DNA of 64,000 nucleotides from NCBI RefSeq assembly GCF_964355755.1, contig NC_092672.1:32556437-32620436 (forward strand), given 5' to 3'. Source of the DNA: Antedon mediterranea (lineage: Eukaryota; Animalia; Echinodermata). The notes under the pieces were generated by a model. That model saw only the letters and a list, made by a program, of their open reading frames with translations. It was not told the origin of the DNA and did no database searches. Below, in pieces: positions 49,244 to 62,310 of this stretch; position 1 is the first letter of the stretch; every line of letters begins with the position of its first letter. Made by a program: the position numbers and the translations under genes.

Positions 49244-49330
49244 GAAACAAAGATTACTTTTAAAGCACATGAACAACAAAGCATGTACCCTTTCCGCCGG
49301 CCGTCTGCTCGCTTGGGGTGGTAGCGCCCT
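49244..49330 (-). promoter_or_regulatory. Probable LIG3 non-coding exon 1 / promoter region
   Basis: CpG-rich patch 49290-49400; donor c|gtaagt at 49243; matching acceptor tttttttttcag at 48794 upstream of the first ATG. TSS not determinable. Confidence 0.45.
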
Positions 49331-50479
49331 CAGTTTTTGTAAAAATGACGACGGACAAAAAGAAACAGAAAGAACCCGCTCTATCTTGCCGCGGCCTTTA
49401 AAAGCTGGAAACTGTTAAACGTCGTATTGTTAAACAATCATCAAATCTCCCTGCCTATGTATAAATCGTAGCGGCGCATTTCATCGTCGAGCTGTCTACA
49501 CTTCAACTTTATGTGACACAAAAATGTGATTAAAACACTACCATATTTGGGCACATCAAACTTTTTTTGTCCAACTAGTTTGATATGTAGACAGAGCAGT
49601 ATACAATTTGACAATAATGTATCAAAAACTCCCCATAATACAATTATAGTTATTTTAAAGCCTACACTGTCAAACTAGTTTACTAGTACCCAAATATGGT
49701 AGTGATATGATATCATGTATCATTATCATGGGCACATCACATTTTGTCAATAAAGTTTGATAGTAGACAGAGCTTTTATTCTCAGCTGTTTGCTTTACGT
49801 AAGTGTATATACCGTACGAGAACTAATATAAGATGTAGTGGGAATTGAACTCGAACAGAAACAAGGCAATTCGACTTGATTAGAAATAAAATAACTTTAA
49901 TATTGCTTTCAAACATTGTTAGGCCTCCTACAAATGATGTTGTGATCTGCTTATCTTCTTCTGGTGGCAATTGAGTTTAAATAGATTAGTATCTCTCTCT
50001 AAACTTAATACTGGATGAATGACAATATACATATCCGTGTCACAATACTTATTCACTTTGCCAAAAATTGGATTGAAAAAACAAAAGATTTAGCTGAAAA
50101 ACTGTAATTTAAAGCAAAAAGCTACCAGCCATTGGGTTATTGATTCGTCTACTTCTAACTTCATAGTTGAAGGCTACTGCTCCACTAAGGGTCCCATTGT
50201 GACATCGGCAGCCAACTACGGCGCCAATACGTCTGTCTATACTACGACAGTGTGTATGTAGTATGAATGAACCACTACACCGGGATGCGATTTTTTTTTT
50301 CGTACATAAGTTGGGGACCCCATCATGAAACGTCACAAAATAAACATGAATAATTCATCAGTTAAATTTTCTTGTTCCGTGTGCACCCAAGCGTATAGCA
50401 ACAAGAAGTGATTACACAAGTGCGGTACGATTCTAGGCCTATCTCCGCTGATTTCATAATAGAATAGCGGAGTTTTGTG

Positions 50480-53400
50480 CAATTGCATGTTGCTGCAGAC
50501 TGTCCGCCATGCGGTATGTCTACTAGAGGGAGTTTGTGTCCGCCAACCGGTACCTTGTCAAATTGCCCGACGATTCCATTTTACAGTGGGTAATTACTGT
50601 AACTAGTACAATAGCCTGGCGATTCCATTTTACAGTGGGTAATTATTGTATCTACAGTGTGGTAGAGCGTCAATTACTCGTATTGGTATTACTTATACTG
50701 GTATTTGATATACTGTGTGTAGTTTTTTGTTCTTTTTAATTAATAAATGACCTTTTACAATTGTCTATTGTGATTTTTTTAAACATTGACGAATTAGAAA
50801 ATATTGGCAACAGAGGGCGCTATTATGAGGAGCCATAATGAAAGAGTAAGTAATACGACCAAAGATTTTAAAATCTCTCTGGTAGTGGTACAGTTACACT
50901 GTTCTACAATTTTAGTATCCCGTAACAGAGTAAACCCCCTATTGAATTACAACAATAATACGTTGCATGCTCCTACGAAATGTACGCATGTTTTGGGAGA
51001 TACAGAATATTTTAGCTTAGTTAACATTTTAGATATCCCGACAGTTTTGTCTAAGTACTCTCACATGCATTGATGAAGGGCTATTCATAAACTCATACTC
51101 ATATATAACTCATTATAAGCCTATGATTATTCATTATTATTATTAAATATTGTTATTATTATTATCTTGCACCCTATATAGCTCTCCGAATTTTATCTAT
51201 AATTATAATTATTGTTTAATCTTAAGTTGTTTTAGGCCCATGTGACATTATGTTTAATTGTTTATTATTATTTTTACAAAGGAAAACGGACTTGGATTGG
51301 GAGGGGGGGGGGGTGGAGTTCATGTTTGGTCGATAATATGTTAAACGGAGGGGGTAGGAGGGGGAATGGTGTCAATGGATATGCCTACATCGTGTGTAAC
51401 TCTAACAGTGTCCGCCAGAAAGAGCTTTTAAGGGCTTCTTTACATTATTTTATATTTACATTTATATGGATCAATTACAAATTATAACAGGCAACAGGTA
51501 CGTTATGATACATAAACATCAGATAAGCCGTTGATTTCATCGCCCAAAAACGTGCCAATATTTGTTATAACGTAAAAGATATCCCAACTATCCACTAAAG
51601 AGAGAGTTTATTAAATTACAATATTCTGTCACCGAAAAAAATATGATATACATTTAATTTTTTTAATGTGATAGGCCTACTTCCAGACGGTTAAAAATTA
51701 TGAGTCTTGACTATACATCGTACCGTTTTTGAATGTCCGTTTAAAAATAGCAGAGAAATGCAGTTTGTTTTAATATATAGGCCTAAAGATATAGGCCTAA
51801 TATGCAGTTTGTCCACCAGAGAGAGTTTTTGGACGGGCCTAAGTTCTTTTTTAACCAAATAATTTGTCTGGTTGTGATCGTGTATTTGAGCTTGGATGGG
51901 GAGGGGGCGTTAGTTCATGTTTAGTCGATATGTTGAACGGAGGGTGCGGGGGGCGGGGGTATGGTGTGAAGGGATAAGCCTACACCGTGTGTAACTGAAT
52001 TGTCCGCCAGAGAGATTTAAAGGGCATCTTTACATAAATTTGTATTTAGTACATTTATATGGATCAATTACAAATTATAGCAACAGGTACGTTCTATAAA
52101 TTAATATCGGATAAGCCGTTGAATTCATCGCCCAACACATGCCAATATTTGTTATAACGAGATAGCCCAACTGTCCACTAGAGAGAGAGTTTATTGAATT
52201 ACAATATTCTGTCGAAAAATATATGATATACATTTAATTTTGTTAATGTAATATTTCCAGACGGTGACAAATTTTGTCTTGACTATACATCGTACCGTTT
52301 TTGAATGTCCGTTTAAAAATAGCAGAGAAATACAGTTTGTTTTAATATAGATATATAGGCCTAATATGCAGTTTGTCCACCAGAGGGAGTTTTTGGACCT
52401 AAGTTCTTTTTTAACTAAATAATTTGTCTGGGTGTGATCGTGTATTTGAGCAAAGGGGGAGGGAGTTCATGTTTGGTCGATATGTTGAACGGGGAGTGGG
52501 GGGGGGGGGGGTGATGTATGGTGTGTAGGGATAGGCCTACACCGTGTGTAACCGAATTGTCCGCCAGAGAGAGTTTAAGGGCATCTTTACATAAATTTGT
52601 ATTTTGTACATTATTATGAATCAATTACAAATTATAGCAACAGGTACGTTCTATATAAACATCAGATAAGCCGTTGATTTCATCTCCCAACAACGTGCCA
52701 TTATTTGGAATGGAGGGGGTTGGGGGAGGTATAGTGTGAAGGGATAGGCCTACATTTGGCGATATTCTGTCACCGAAAAAAATATGATATAAATTTAATT
52801 TTTAAATGTGATACTTCTAGACTGAGACAAGTCTTGACTATACACATAACACATCGTACCGTATTTGAATGTCCGTTTAAAAATAGCAGAGAAATGCAGT
52901 TTGTTTTAATATAGATATAGGCCTATGCAGTTTGTCCACCAGAGGGAGTTTTTGGACCACCTACGTTCTTTTTTAACTAAATAATTTGTCTAGGTGTGAT
53001 CGTGTATTTGAGCTTGGATGGGGAGGGGGGGGGGGGGGGGGTTCATGTTTGGTCGATAATATGTTGAACGGAGGGGGTGGGAGGGGGTATGGTGTGTAGA
53101 GATAGGCCTACACCGTGTGTAACTGAAGTCTCCGCCAGAGAGAGTTTAAGGGCATCTTTACATTAATTTGTATTTAGTACATTTAGCCTATATGGATCAA
53201 TTACAAATTATAGCAACAGGTACGTTCTATATAAACATCAGATAAGCCGTTGATTTCATCGCCCAAAAACGTTCCAATATTTGTTATAACGGTAAAGATA
53301 GCCAAACTGTCCACTAGAGAGACAGTTTATTGAATTACGATATTCTGTCACCGAAAAAAATTTGATTTATAACATTTAATTTTTTAAATGTGATACTTCC

Positions 53401-55790
53401 AGACTGAGATAAATTATGAGTCTTGACTAAACATCGTACCGTTTTTTGAATGTCCGTTTAAAAATAGCAGAGAAATACAGTTTGTTTTAATATAGATATA
53501 GGCCTAATATGCAGTTTGTCTACCAGAGTGAGTTTTTGGACCTACGTTCTTAATAATTTGTCTGGGTGTGATCGTGTATTTGAGCATGGATGGGGAGGGG
53601 GAGAGAGTTGGTCAATATGTTGAACGGAGGGGGAGTGGGATGGTGTGGACGTGAAGGGATAAGCCTACACCTTGTGTAACCGAATTGTCCGCCAGAGAGT
53701 GTTTAAGGGCATCTTTACATAAATTTTTATTTTGTACATTTATATGAATCAATTACAAATTATAGCAACAGGTACGTTCTATATAAACATCAGATAAGCC
53801 GTTGATGTCATCGCCCAACCGTTTACGTTTATTTATCAATTTAATTTAACGTTGAAATCCAGTCGAATTTGGTTAAAAGGATATGTTTTCAATGTTGAAA
53901 AAAGATTGAAAGAAGTAGTTATAAATTATGCTTTCATGTTTTAACCCCTTTACAGTATTAGGCCTACGTTTCTTTAGCAATCTTTTTTCAACGTTAATTT
54001 AACGTTAAAATCGAGTTGGCATTTTTGGTTAAAATGACAACATGTTTTCATCATTGAATAAAAGTTGAAATTATGTTTTCATGTTTTAACTCCATTACAG
54101 TATTACGTTTCTATATCAATCTCATTTCAACGATAATTTAACGTTATAATCGAGCTGGCTTTTGGTTAAAATGGCAACATAATTTGAATTGAACATTGTG
54201 TTACGTTTATAACACAATATAATGTTAACGTTAATTCAACGTTAAAATCCATTTGGCATTTTTGGTTAAATGACAACATTTTTTCAACATTGAATAAAGG
54301 TTGAAATTACATTGTGTTAACGCCATTATTACGTTTGTTTTTCAATATTATTTCAACGTTAAGATGTATTGTCCCTTTGACTAATTCAACAAAATAAATT
54401 TATTTAAAAAAATTAATATTTCGAAAAAAAGTTGGTCATTTTGAAGTATCATAATAGTTATTAACTTTCACCAAAAATTAGTCGAAAAAAGTTGATTTAA
54501 AATTAAAACAAAACAGTAGACACAAGTATGAATATTTTCATAACCCAATTTATCCATTTTTAAACTTAACCTTATTTTTGCATGCAGATGTCATTTGTCC
54601 ATTCGTCTACAAGCCTTTCGTTTTACTATTACAAATGTCTTAATTAAATGCACTGTGTTGAAGGGTACAGTATGTTTGAATTTACAGTTTGTCTGTAATA
54701 TTTCTGCTACAGTATTCTGTAGTATTTTGAAAGATATGCTACTTAAATTAGGGTGTATTTAAAACAATAATCATAATGAAGGTTACATTGGTTAAACATT
54801 AAATTATTACCCGAACCTTACTTTCTTAAAAAAAAATACAAATAATAAGTCAATCTATCAATATTCATGATAGTTTGCTCCTATGGAATTTATAAATTAT
54901 CTTATGTTTAGGAAGTCTTTTTTATGTTTTACATTGTAATGTTTAATGTCTTTTGGAAACTCAGACCAAAAATCCTTTTTTTTAGATTCCACACATCATT
55001 TTTAACAAGGCTTTTTCTTGTAATTTGTTTTATAAAATTGTATGTACTGTGAAACAATAAAAATGATATGAAAAATTAATATGATTTTGAAATTATGAAG
55101 AATCAGATATACAGTAATTCGGTAAATAATGGCCAATGTAGTACACAGTAGTATAACAATAACAGTATAATAATGCTGCGCAGGATATAGCTATGCTAGT
55201 TAATAATACTAGTATTATATGCAAAGGATGGCCACCGGCGACGGTTTTCAGCCGTTCCTACAATACGGACAATGCAGTTATTTTTTAGGCCTACGTTGTG
55301 TGATGTCTAGCATTAATTTGTTTGTTTTAAGGTTGTTATAGTTTTGATGTTATTTTTTAATGTATTCATCATGTGGAGATCTAAGATGGGATAAACCACC
55401 TGCAAGAAACAGGTTAGATTCACAGAATATTCTACTGATAAAAATATTGTATATAAAAACCGAACAGAAAAAATTCGATGTACAAAACACCTCGGATTAT
55501 GGTCTATCAAACTGCCATTTGGATATGTCGACGCAACTCTAGGAAAAGTGACGCTTTAGTAACGCAATTTACTTACAGAAACAAAGTACATATAATTTTT
55601 CCCTCTAAAAAAATGGTATCGTCAGGAATATGTTCCCCCTGGCAGACATACCGCCTTGCAGACATTACAGAAACAAAGTACAGATATTTTCCCTTTAAAA
55701 AAAATGGTATCGTCGAGAATGTGTTCCCCTGGCGGACATACCGCCTGGCAGACATACCGCATGGCGGACAGTCTGCAGCAGGATCTCTAT
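50480..55790. mobile_element. ~5.3-kb non-coding TIR element (31-bp subterminal IR, 8-9 bp TSD) carrying satellites
   Basis: tgctgcagactgtccgccatgcggtatgtct (50491-50521) is inverted at 55750-55780; gttttgtg is duplicated on both flanks. Confidence 0.7.
51290..53820. repeat. Tandem macrosatellite, ~560-600 bp unit x ~4.4, with poly-G tracts
   Basis: Unit starts at ~51294, 51894, 52452, 53016, 53588 (G-run, gttcatgtttggtcgata..gcctacaccgtgtgtaac..gtccgccagagag). Confidence 0.9.
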
Positions 55791-57316
55791 CGTTTTGTGT
55801 GGATTGTCGAAATAATCAGCCTTTAGTTTATGGTGTTTTTAATATAGTTTATTACTAAAGAATTACGTGTTAAAATTATAGTTTCTATTGATACTATTAG
55901 GCCTAATTACTAGTCTCTAAACCCCTGTATATTCTAGTAGTAGTAGCTGTGTGGGTGTGTGTGACTTGTGTCTTTGGGCTATGTCCAATTACTACTTAGT
56001 TTAATGTTTTGCCTAGCTGTCGATTAGCCTCGACATATTTTGCATAGTGGACGTGTGTGTGAAGAAGAGTGCGCGAAGGCAATCACGTGAATTGACCTAG
56101 AATCCTAGGCCTATTATTGTAGAAAGAATCGTATCGCAGTTGTTGTTCCGTGTGCACCCAAGCGTTCTTGGACATAGCCCAAAGAAAGCTTAGACCCACA
56201 AGAATAAAGAATGTGTATAATTTGTGTACTGTATTTTTTTAATTCTGCTATCAATTATCAAACAATATGCAATGTACTCAAAGGAACTTTAAAAATGCGC
56301 GTATATGAACACATGAGATGGGAAGATTTGACCCACGAGAATAAAAAATGTATTTTTGTGTAATGTTTATTGTTTAATTTTGCTGACTTATTACTCGGAT
56401 TGTGTCATACCAAAGATAGTGTAACTATCTTTGGTCATACCTAACACACACACACGTCACACACATCCACACAGCTACTACTAGAATAGACATGGGTTTA
56501 GAGACTAATAATTAGGCCTAATAGTATTAATAGAAACTATAATTTTAACACGTAATTCTTTAGTAATAAATTATATTAAAAACACCATAAACTAAAGGCC
56601 GATTATTTCGACAATCCACACAAAACGCCGCTATTCTTCAACAGCGGAGATAGGCCTAGAATCGTACCGCACTTGTGTAATCACTTCTTGTTGCTATACG
56701 CTTGGGTGCACACGGAACAAGAAAATTTAACTGATGAATTATTCATGTTTATTTTGTGACGTTTCATGAGGGGGTCCCCAACTTATGTACGAAAAAAAAA
56801 ATCGCCACCGGGATAACCAGCTACTCGTCTCGAAAGATGTACTAGGTTCTTTAAAGTGCACATGCGCCAGATGTACACTGGACCTACAGTTTATAGTCCT
56901 TATCCGAGAAGACAGTGTTCTACCACCAGAACCATGGAGCAAGTGAGCCTGCCTCGAACCCTTGCCAATGTTATGGCTATGGATTTCGGTTCCACTGTCT
57001 TAACCACTCGGCCACAGTCACTCACTGATTAAATTTAACCATGATATTTTGTCACTTTATAAGTAAAAAGAATTTTTCGGGTTTTGTTTTCTACGTAAGT
57101 TAGAACTACAAAATAGAATATTCAAAGTCTGATTTGATTAATCTTTCATTAAATTGTTTCATGTTTTTTGGGGTAAAATAAATTTAGTCAGTAGGAGGAC
57201 TAAGGCACACTAGTGTAGTTTTGAATGAGTATCCACGACAAAGGTGATCGTGTAGGCCTACTCATCAATATACTGTAGGCCCACCTCACATTTTATGACA
57301 TTGTCATCCCCCTAAT

Positions 57317-57477
57317 AAGTGGCGCAACGGCTATGAGCGCTCACTGGCTAAACCCAGAGGGGTCCCGGGGCTTTTGGAGCCCCTTAGGCATTAAAATATG
57401 TCGAAAAACGCCCGAGGCCTCCAGGGCCACTTAGGATTCCTAAGCCAAGGGCCTCCGACCTCTGCGTTACGCCACTG
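57317..57477. mobile_element. hAT-like MITE
   Basis: TIR (a)agtggcgcaacg / cgttacgccactg with near-perfect 8-bp TSD cccctaat / cctctaat. Confidence 0.6.
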
Positions 57478-57773
57478 CCTCTAATCATCATCATCATTCT
57501 CCTCCTGAACCATTTTCATCAGTCACATTCACCCATCAACACACCGTCATCACCAGTCATACAAATATCATTCAAATCATAATAATAAATTAATTCGTCG
57601 TAATTATCACCAGATCAATAGTCATCATTTCTAATTAAAATAGTCGCTACCCGTCTTAAAACGTCGTCGTCATTTGTTTTTGTTTGGTCTCATCACATCC
57701 AGGACCGTCATCGTCACTCGTCGTCATTTGTTTTTGTTTGGCCTTATCACATCCAGGGCCGTCGTCGTCGAAC

Positions 57774-60732
57774 TTAACCACATATTAAAGACAGGAGAAC
57801 TTTTATTTCTTCTCTGATAACCAGCGGGTGTGGATGAATAACTTCCGGCGTCCTGTGACAGTTGGTCATGTCCCACACATCAATAACTGTAAGGTTTGGA
57901 ACGTCACTCATGACCTTCCTCATCTCTACATCCAACAAGAACGCCGGCCAGTCGCCATAGTTAACCGAACCTGCGGCTCCACTATATTCCCTCGTGTTTG
58001 CACTTTTAAAAAACACTAACGTCTTTGGACTTCGTTTATACAACCTAACAAGAGCAGCCTTTATAGTCAGTAATCTGCTTCGATAAACATCAACACTCGT
58101 TGGCACAAAATGTGCAAACATATTTATGCAAATGATAACATTCTCGTCTGCTCCGAGTTGATCGATTTCATTGGCTGTCCATTTGATGTCTTCTACGCGC
58201 ATCCAGGTGTTACGTATTGGGAACGCGTGGTGACGATAGAACAGCTTAACTTTGTGAAGCTCAGAATGGGCAATTAACGGCCCAGCTTTTTTATTTACTC
58301 CGGTAATATCGACGCTAGTTGTTTCTGGAATATTAGCAACTAAATATTCATACCATTGTCGAATTGTTGAATCTCCGTAGAAATAAAAACGTTTATTTTC
58401 TAAGCATTTGTTAGCAACAGCCGAAAATACATCTATATTCTGCAAGGTACACTGGTTGGAGTACCAGCTGTCGTTAAAATAAAAACCAGCGGCTAATTCT
58501 TCGTTCCCTTTTACTGAATTCTTTACAGGTTGACATGGAATTGATGATTCCTCACATAAGCAATTCTCATCTGTAAAAGATAAACATATAATCTATATAT
58601 TAAACGTGTCTTTAACGACGGTCAATAATTAAAAACAAAACGGTGGGTCCTAAATCTGCAAAAAGAAGTCCGTTTTAAAGAATATAAGTGAGCCTAAAGA
58701 ATGGAATACCAAGGCAATCTAACAACAGGAAGCTGAGCTTGCTCTGAGGCTAACAAACTTTGTGATCCTCTTGTTTGATTGTCTTGCTCTTACTCAAACC
58801 CAGGCTCAACGGAGAATGGAATATGAAAAACATAAGATGCATGACTGTTACCAAGGAAATCTAACAACAGGACGCTCTGAGCTCGACTAGCCAAGATAGG
58901 CTATCGTAACAAACTTTGTGGTCCTGTTGTTAGATTGCCTTTCTCTTACTCAAACGCGGTCGGTTCAAACGACTCAAGCCACGGACACAAATCTAATGGT
59001 CTTACCTGTACTGTTTACGAATATTCCTTTTACTCCTATTATTGTTTTGGGTCTGAAAAAAAAAGAATACTCATTAAATCTGGTATTAGTACGAACACAT
59101 AAATATAAAAAGTGACCATTTTAGTCGCGAGTGTTTGTCATTTTGATATTTTTGAATTGTTGTTCTTCTCCATTTTTTTAGAGGATAATTTTTGATTATG
59201 GAAAGAATAATCTTTAATAATGTCTACATTATCAACCTGTATGTGACAACAAATGTGATGTGCCCATAGATATGATGATGTCATATCACTATCATATTTA
59301 GGAATATCACTACCGTATTTGGGCACATCACACTTTTTTTGTCAAACTAGATTGATAGTGTAGACAGAGCTTTAGTCTTAACAATTTATGTGTTGTCATC
59401 ATTCGTTCCTTTAGTGCACAACTGTGCAATATAATATAGATAACTTACTTGAAGAATAATTGCTCTTCAACTGTAAACTGTGATGACGTATCGATTCTAG
59501 CTCTTTCTAAGTTCCCTTGATGGTACATCAGCGCAGAGCACGGCAAATCTCCAGGCTTCTCACAAAACCATGGTTCACCAGTTCTCAAATCAGTAAAGTT
59601 GCAGATTTCATTGGCAGACGACAATTCGATGTGGCACCTCATTGTGTGGATGATATCTCCCAATTGGAACTTTCCATCGTATGCCATCCGAACCGGATAC
59701 ATCTGTTGAACTCTTTTCATAGCCGCGATTGCCTCACTGCTGTGGATCAGTCTTACGTCGATGTACATTGGCCCACTCCATCTTAAAGTGAAGTACGCAC
59801 TGTACGTGCCATTATTATGGTCCACTATCTCACCATCAGTAGACTGACTGGCCAACGAAGCAACACTATACACTTTGCCGCGAAAGTAATCACCCCCGAT
59901 AGTCTTCTTATTATTGAAGTGATCACGCGCTTCAATCGTGACGTGTATTTTGTCACAGATGTTGTAAGAGGCCTTTTCGTTTTCGATATAAAATGACGAA
60001 CGACCAGCGTCCGTGAATATGGCCCGGGGAGGCTCAGTGTATCTGGGTATATACATGTCATTTTCTGGGAACAAGCCTTGAGTTGGCCTGTACGGAAGCG
60101 CGACAAAATTGTGTGAATTATCAAACGGTATTACATGTTCCGTGAGGATTTTCAAAGATAACGTTCTCTGTAAAAAAAAAAGATTTCGAAATTTATACAA
60201 TGTTTGACAATGCCAAATCTATCAATTTAAAACTATAAACAATTTAGATTTTAGGCACTTCTTCAATATTGCAGCACCACATAGGCCTACAACTAGGACT
60301 ATACCGTCACATAAATGGGAGATGATTTCTGTTTTTGCACTGGGAGTGGAAATAGCCAGACCAACTTCTTATCGTCCTATTCGAAGGACGTATACAGAAC
60401 GTCGTAGTATAGGCGAAGTGCGATTGGTAGCAGAGTAGCTCCTAAGGAGGATTTGGAGTTGTTTCAAGGCTTTAGATAGACTGTGTCCAAATGACACTTT
60501 CACCCTACCGTATATTATCATTATCCGTATATATATAATCATATGGTCATCTCAACCCGTGTGAAAAGAATATTAAAATGTTTTGAAAACGACTTACAAA
60601 CATATTATCCACCGGTGAAAGTCTGAGTAAAGAACACATGAGTGACGTCAGAATCACAGAAGTAAACAGCAGACATACAAACACATTTCTACGTCTAAAA
60701 TGTGTACAACAACTATGTTGAGGAAGAACCAT
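57774..60732 (-). CDS. NXPE family member (neurexophilin/PC-esterase domain; type II membrane SGNH-like acyltransferase/esterase), 4 exons, ~565 aa
   Basis: Exons 60732-60598 (signal anchor VFVCLLFTSVILTSLMCSLL), 60167-59449 (ARDHFNNKKTIGGDYFRG..GEIVDHNNGTYSAYFTLRWSG..VRLIHSSEA..CNFTDLRTGEPWFCEKP..LPC), 59052-59006, 58570-57774 (AGFYFNDSW..FYGDSTIRQW..FFKSANTRE..IDVWDMT..IHP..LLSLIC). Phases consistent (1698 nt). Specific paralog not assignable. Confidence 0.92.
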
Positions 60733-61851
60733 TATTTTAGGCCTAGCAAGAGAGCAATTTGTAGGCCTGGATATCAACTTGTTGAATTAGACAGTTTTCC
60801 AGTTGTTATGTTAAAAGGACGAGAGGATCTCACCAGGGCTGGGACTAATTGAATTTGCGGTGACTCAAACCTTAGCCGGTGATGACTTAACAACCGGCCG
60901 CCGTCCGTATTGGTTGGTTGGTTGTTATTGATAGTTTTCATTGATTGGTTGATTGTATCAATTATTTTTTTTGTTTATTTTGAAAAATAAATAAAACGTC
61001 AAATAGTTGCAAATACACGTCAAATAAGATCTAAACATATTCGATTATAATAAATAAGTTTACCAATTTGGTGTATTTTTTGTTTATCTATAAAGTACTT
61101 ATTTCACAAGTAATGGGGTTTTCTCAATACATTTTCAAAACATTGCAAATACGTTAATTGTTAAATTATGTTAAAAAATTAAGTTAAACAACCTTTTGTC
61201 CACGCTCCTCTATTATGTTTGTAATTACACCATACGATGTTTGCTCTTCGAAATTAATACAAAAACTTTTTGTTTTTAAAATTATTCTTCTCCATTTATC
61301 CATGTAAAACTAGACCGTTCATAGGTCTTATATTTGTTGTATGCATGTGCATGTATTATGTATTAGCGAGTGGAACGTCAAAACTATAGTTGTATTTTTT
61401 TTTATAGATTTACCCCGTCAAAGTTGATAGGCCAAAAATACCAGATTATTTGACAAATACACTATATTATCAATAAAATATACATATAAACCAAGCTAAT
61501 GTCAAACCCCTTTGTTCCAAGTATTGTTTCATTTTACCCGAGAAGTAATCAATTAGAGAGAACGGGCATATCGAAGGAAATAGTTATAATTTGTTCCATC
61601 CGCAGTACGTTAACTTTCTTTCTTTCACAAAGCGGCCTATTAAGTATTAAAATATTACAAACGTTTTAAAGCGATTCTCTAGAATACTTTAATTCTTCGC
61701 TTCCGTTGAATGTAAAATTGACCTTGTTAAACCGACTAATTGGTAATTAAATCTGAATTATTTTATGTAATTCTTACCAAAACGGTCCACTCATTTACAC
61801 ATTCTGGAGAAGAAACTTTACTACGTAGACTGCTGTATAGTGGAATATTTT

Positions 61852-62310
61852 AGAGGCTTGGTCCTTGACTTGAACTCAACGCAACGACGACGTAGCCGCA
61901 ACGCAAAAGAATTGACCAATCAAAAGCGATGATTATTCCAACTTGTGATTGGCCAATTCGCTTGCTGCTGCTGGGTGGGAACCAAACTTTACAACGCAAC
62001 GACGTAGGCGCGCACAACGCAAAAGAATTGACCAATCAAAAGCGATGGATTATTCCAAATTGTGATTGGCCAATTCGCTTGCTTCACAATGCAACGACGT
62101 AGGGAAGAGACTTGAAACTTTTCGAGCCACTATATTTGATAAAATAAATTGTCGTGATTGGTCAAAATACGTGCGGTGGGCGGTTCATTGATTGGTTCAA
62201 CACAAAACAACGTAAGGCACCGTAAGGGATTTGACCAATCACAAGCGATGATTTATTTGGATTTGAATGTCTCTTTTCATTGGTCAACTCGTGGGAATCA
62301 AGTTTTAGGA
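61852..62310. mobile_element. Cluster of degenerate MITE-like repeats (cgcaacgcaaaagaattgaccaatca.. motif)
   Basis: Direct repeat 61897-61963 / 62015-62082; related elements at ~34210-34322 and ~63606-63752. Confidence 0.45.

Larger units (their letters stand above)
50287..56805. mobile_element. Fold-back element split by a ~5.3-kb insertion
   Basis: 50287-50479 is the reverse complement of ~56618-56805, and 55791-55965 is the reverse complement of ~56455-56627; i.e. the left arm is interrupted at ~50480/55790. Confidence 0.8.
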
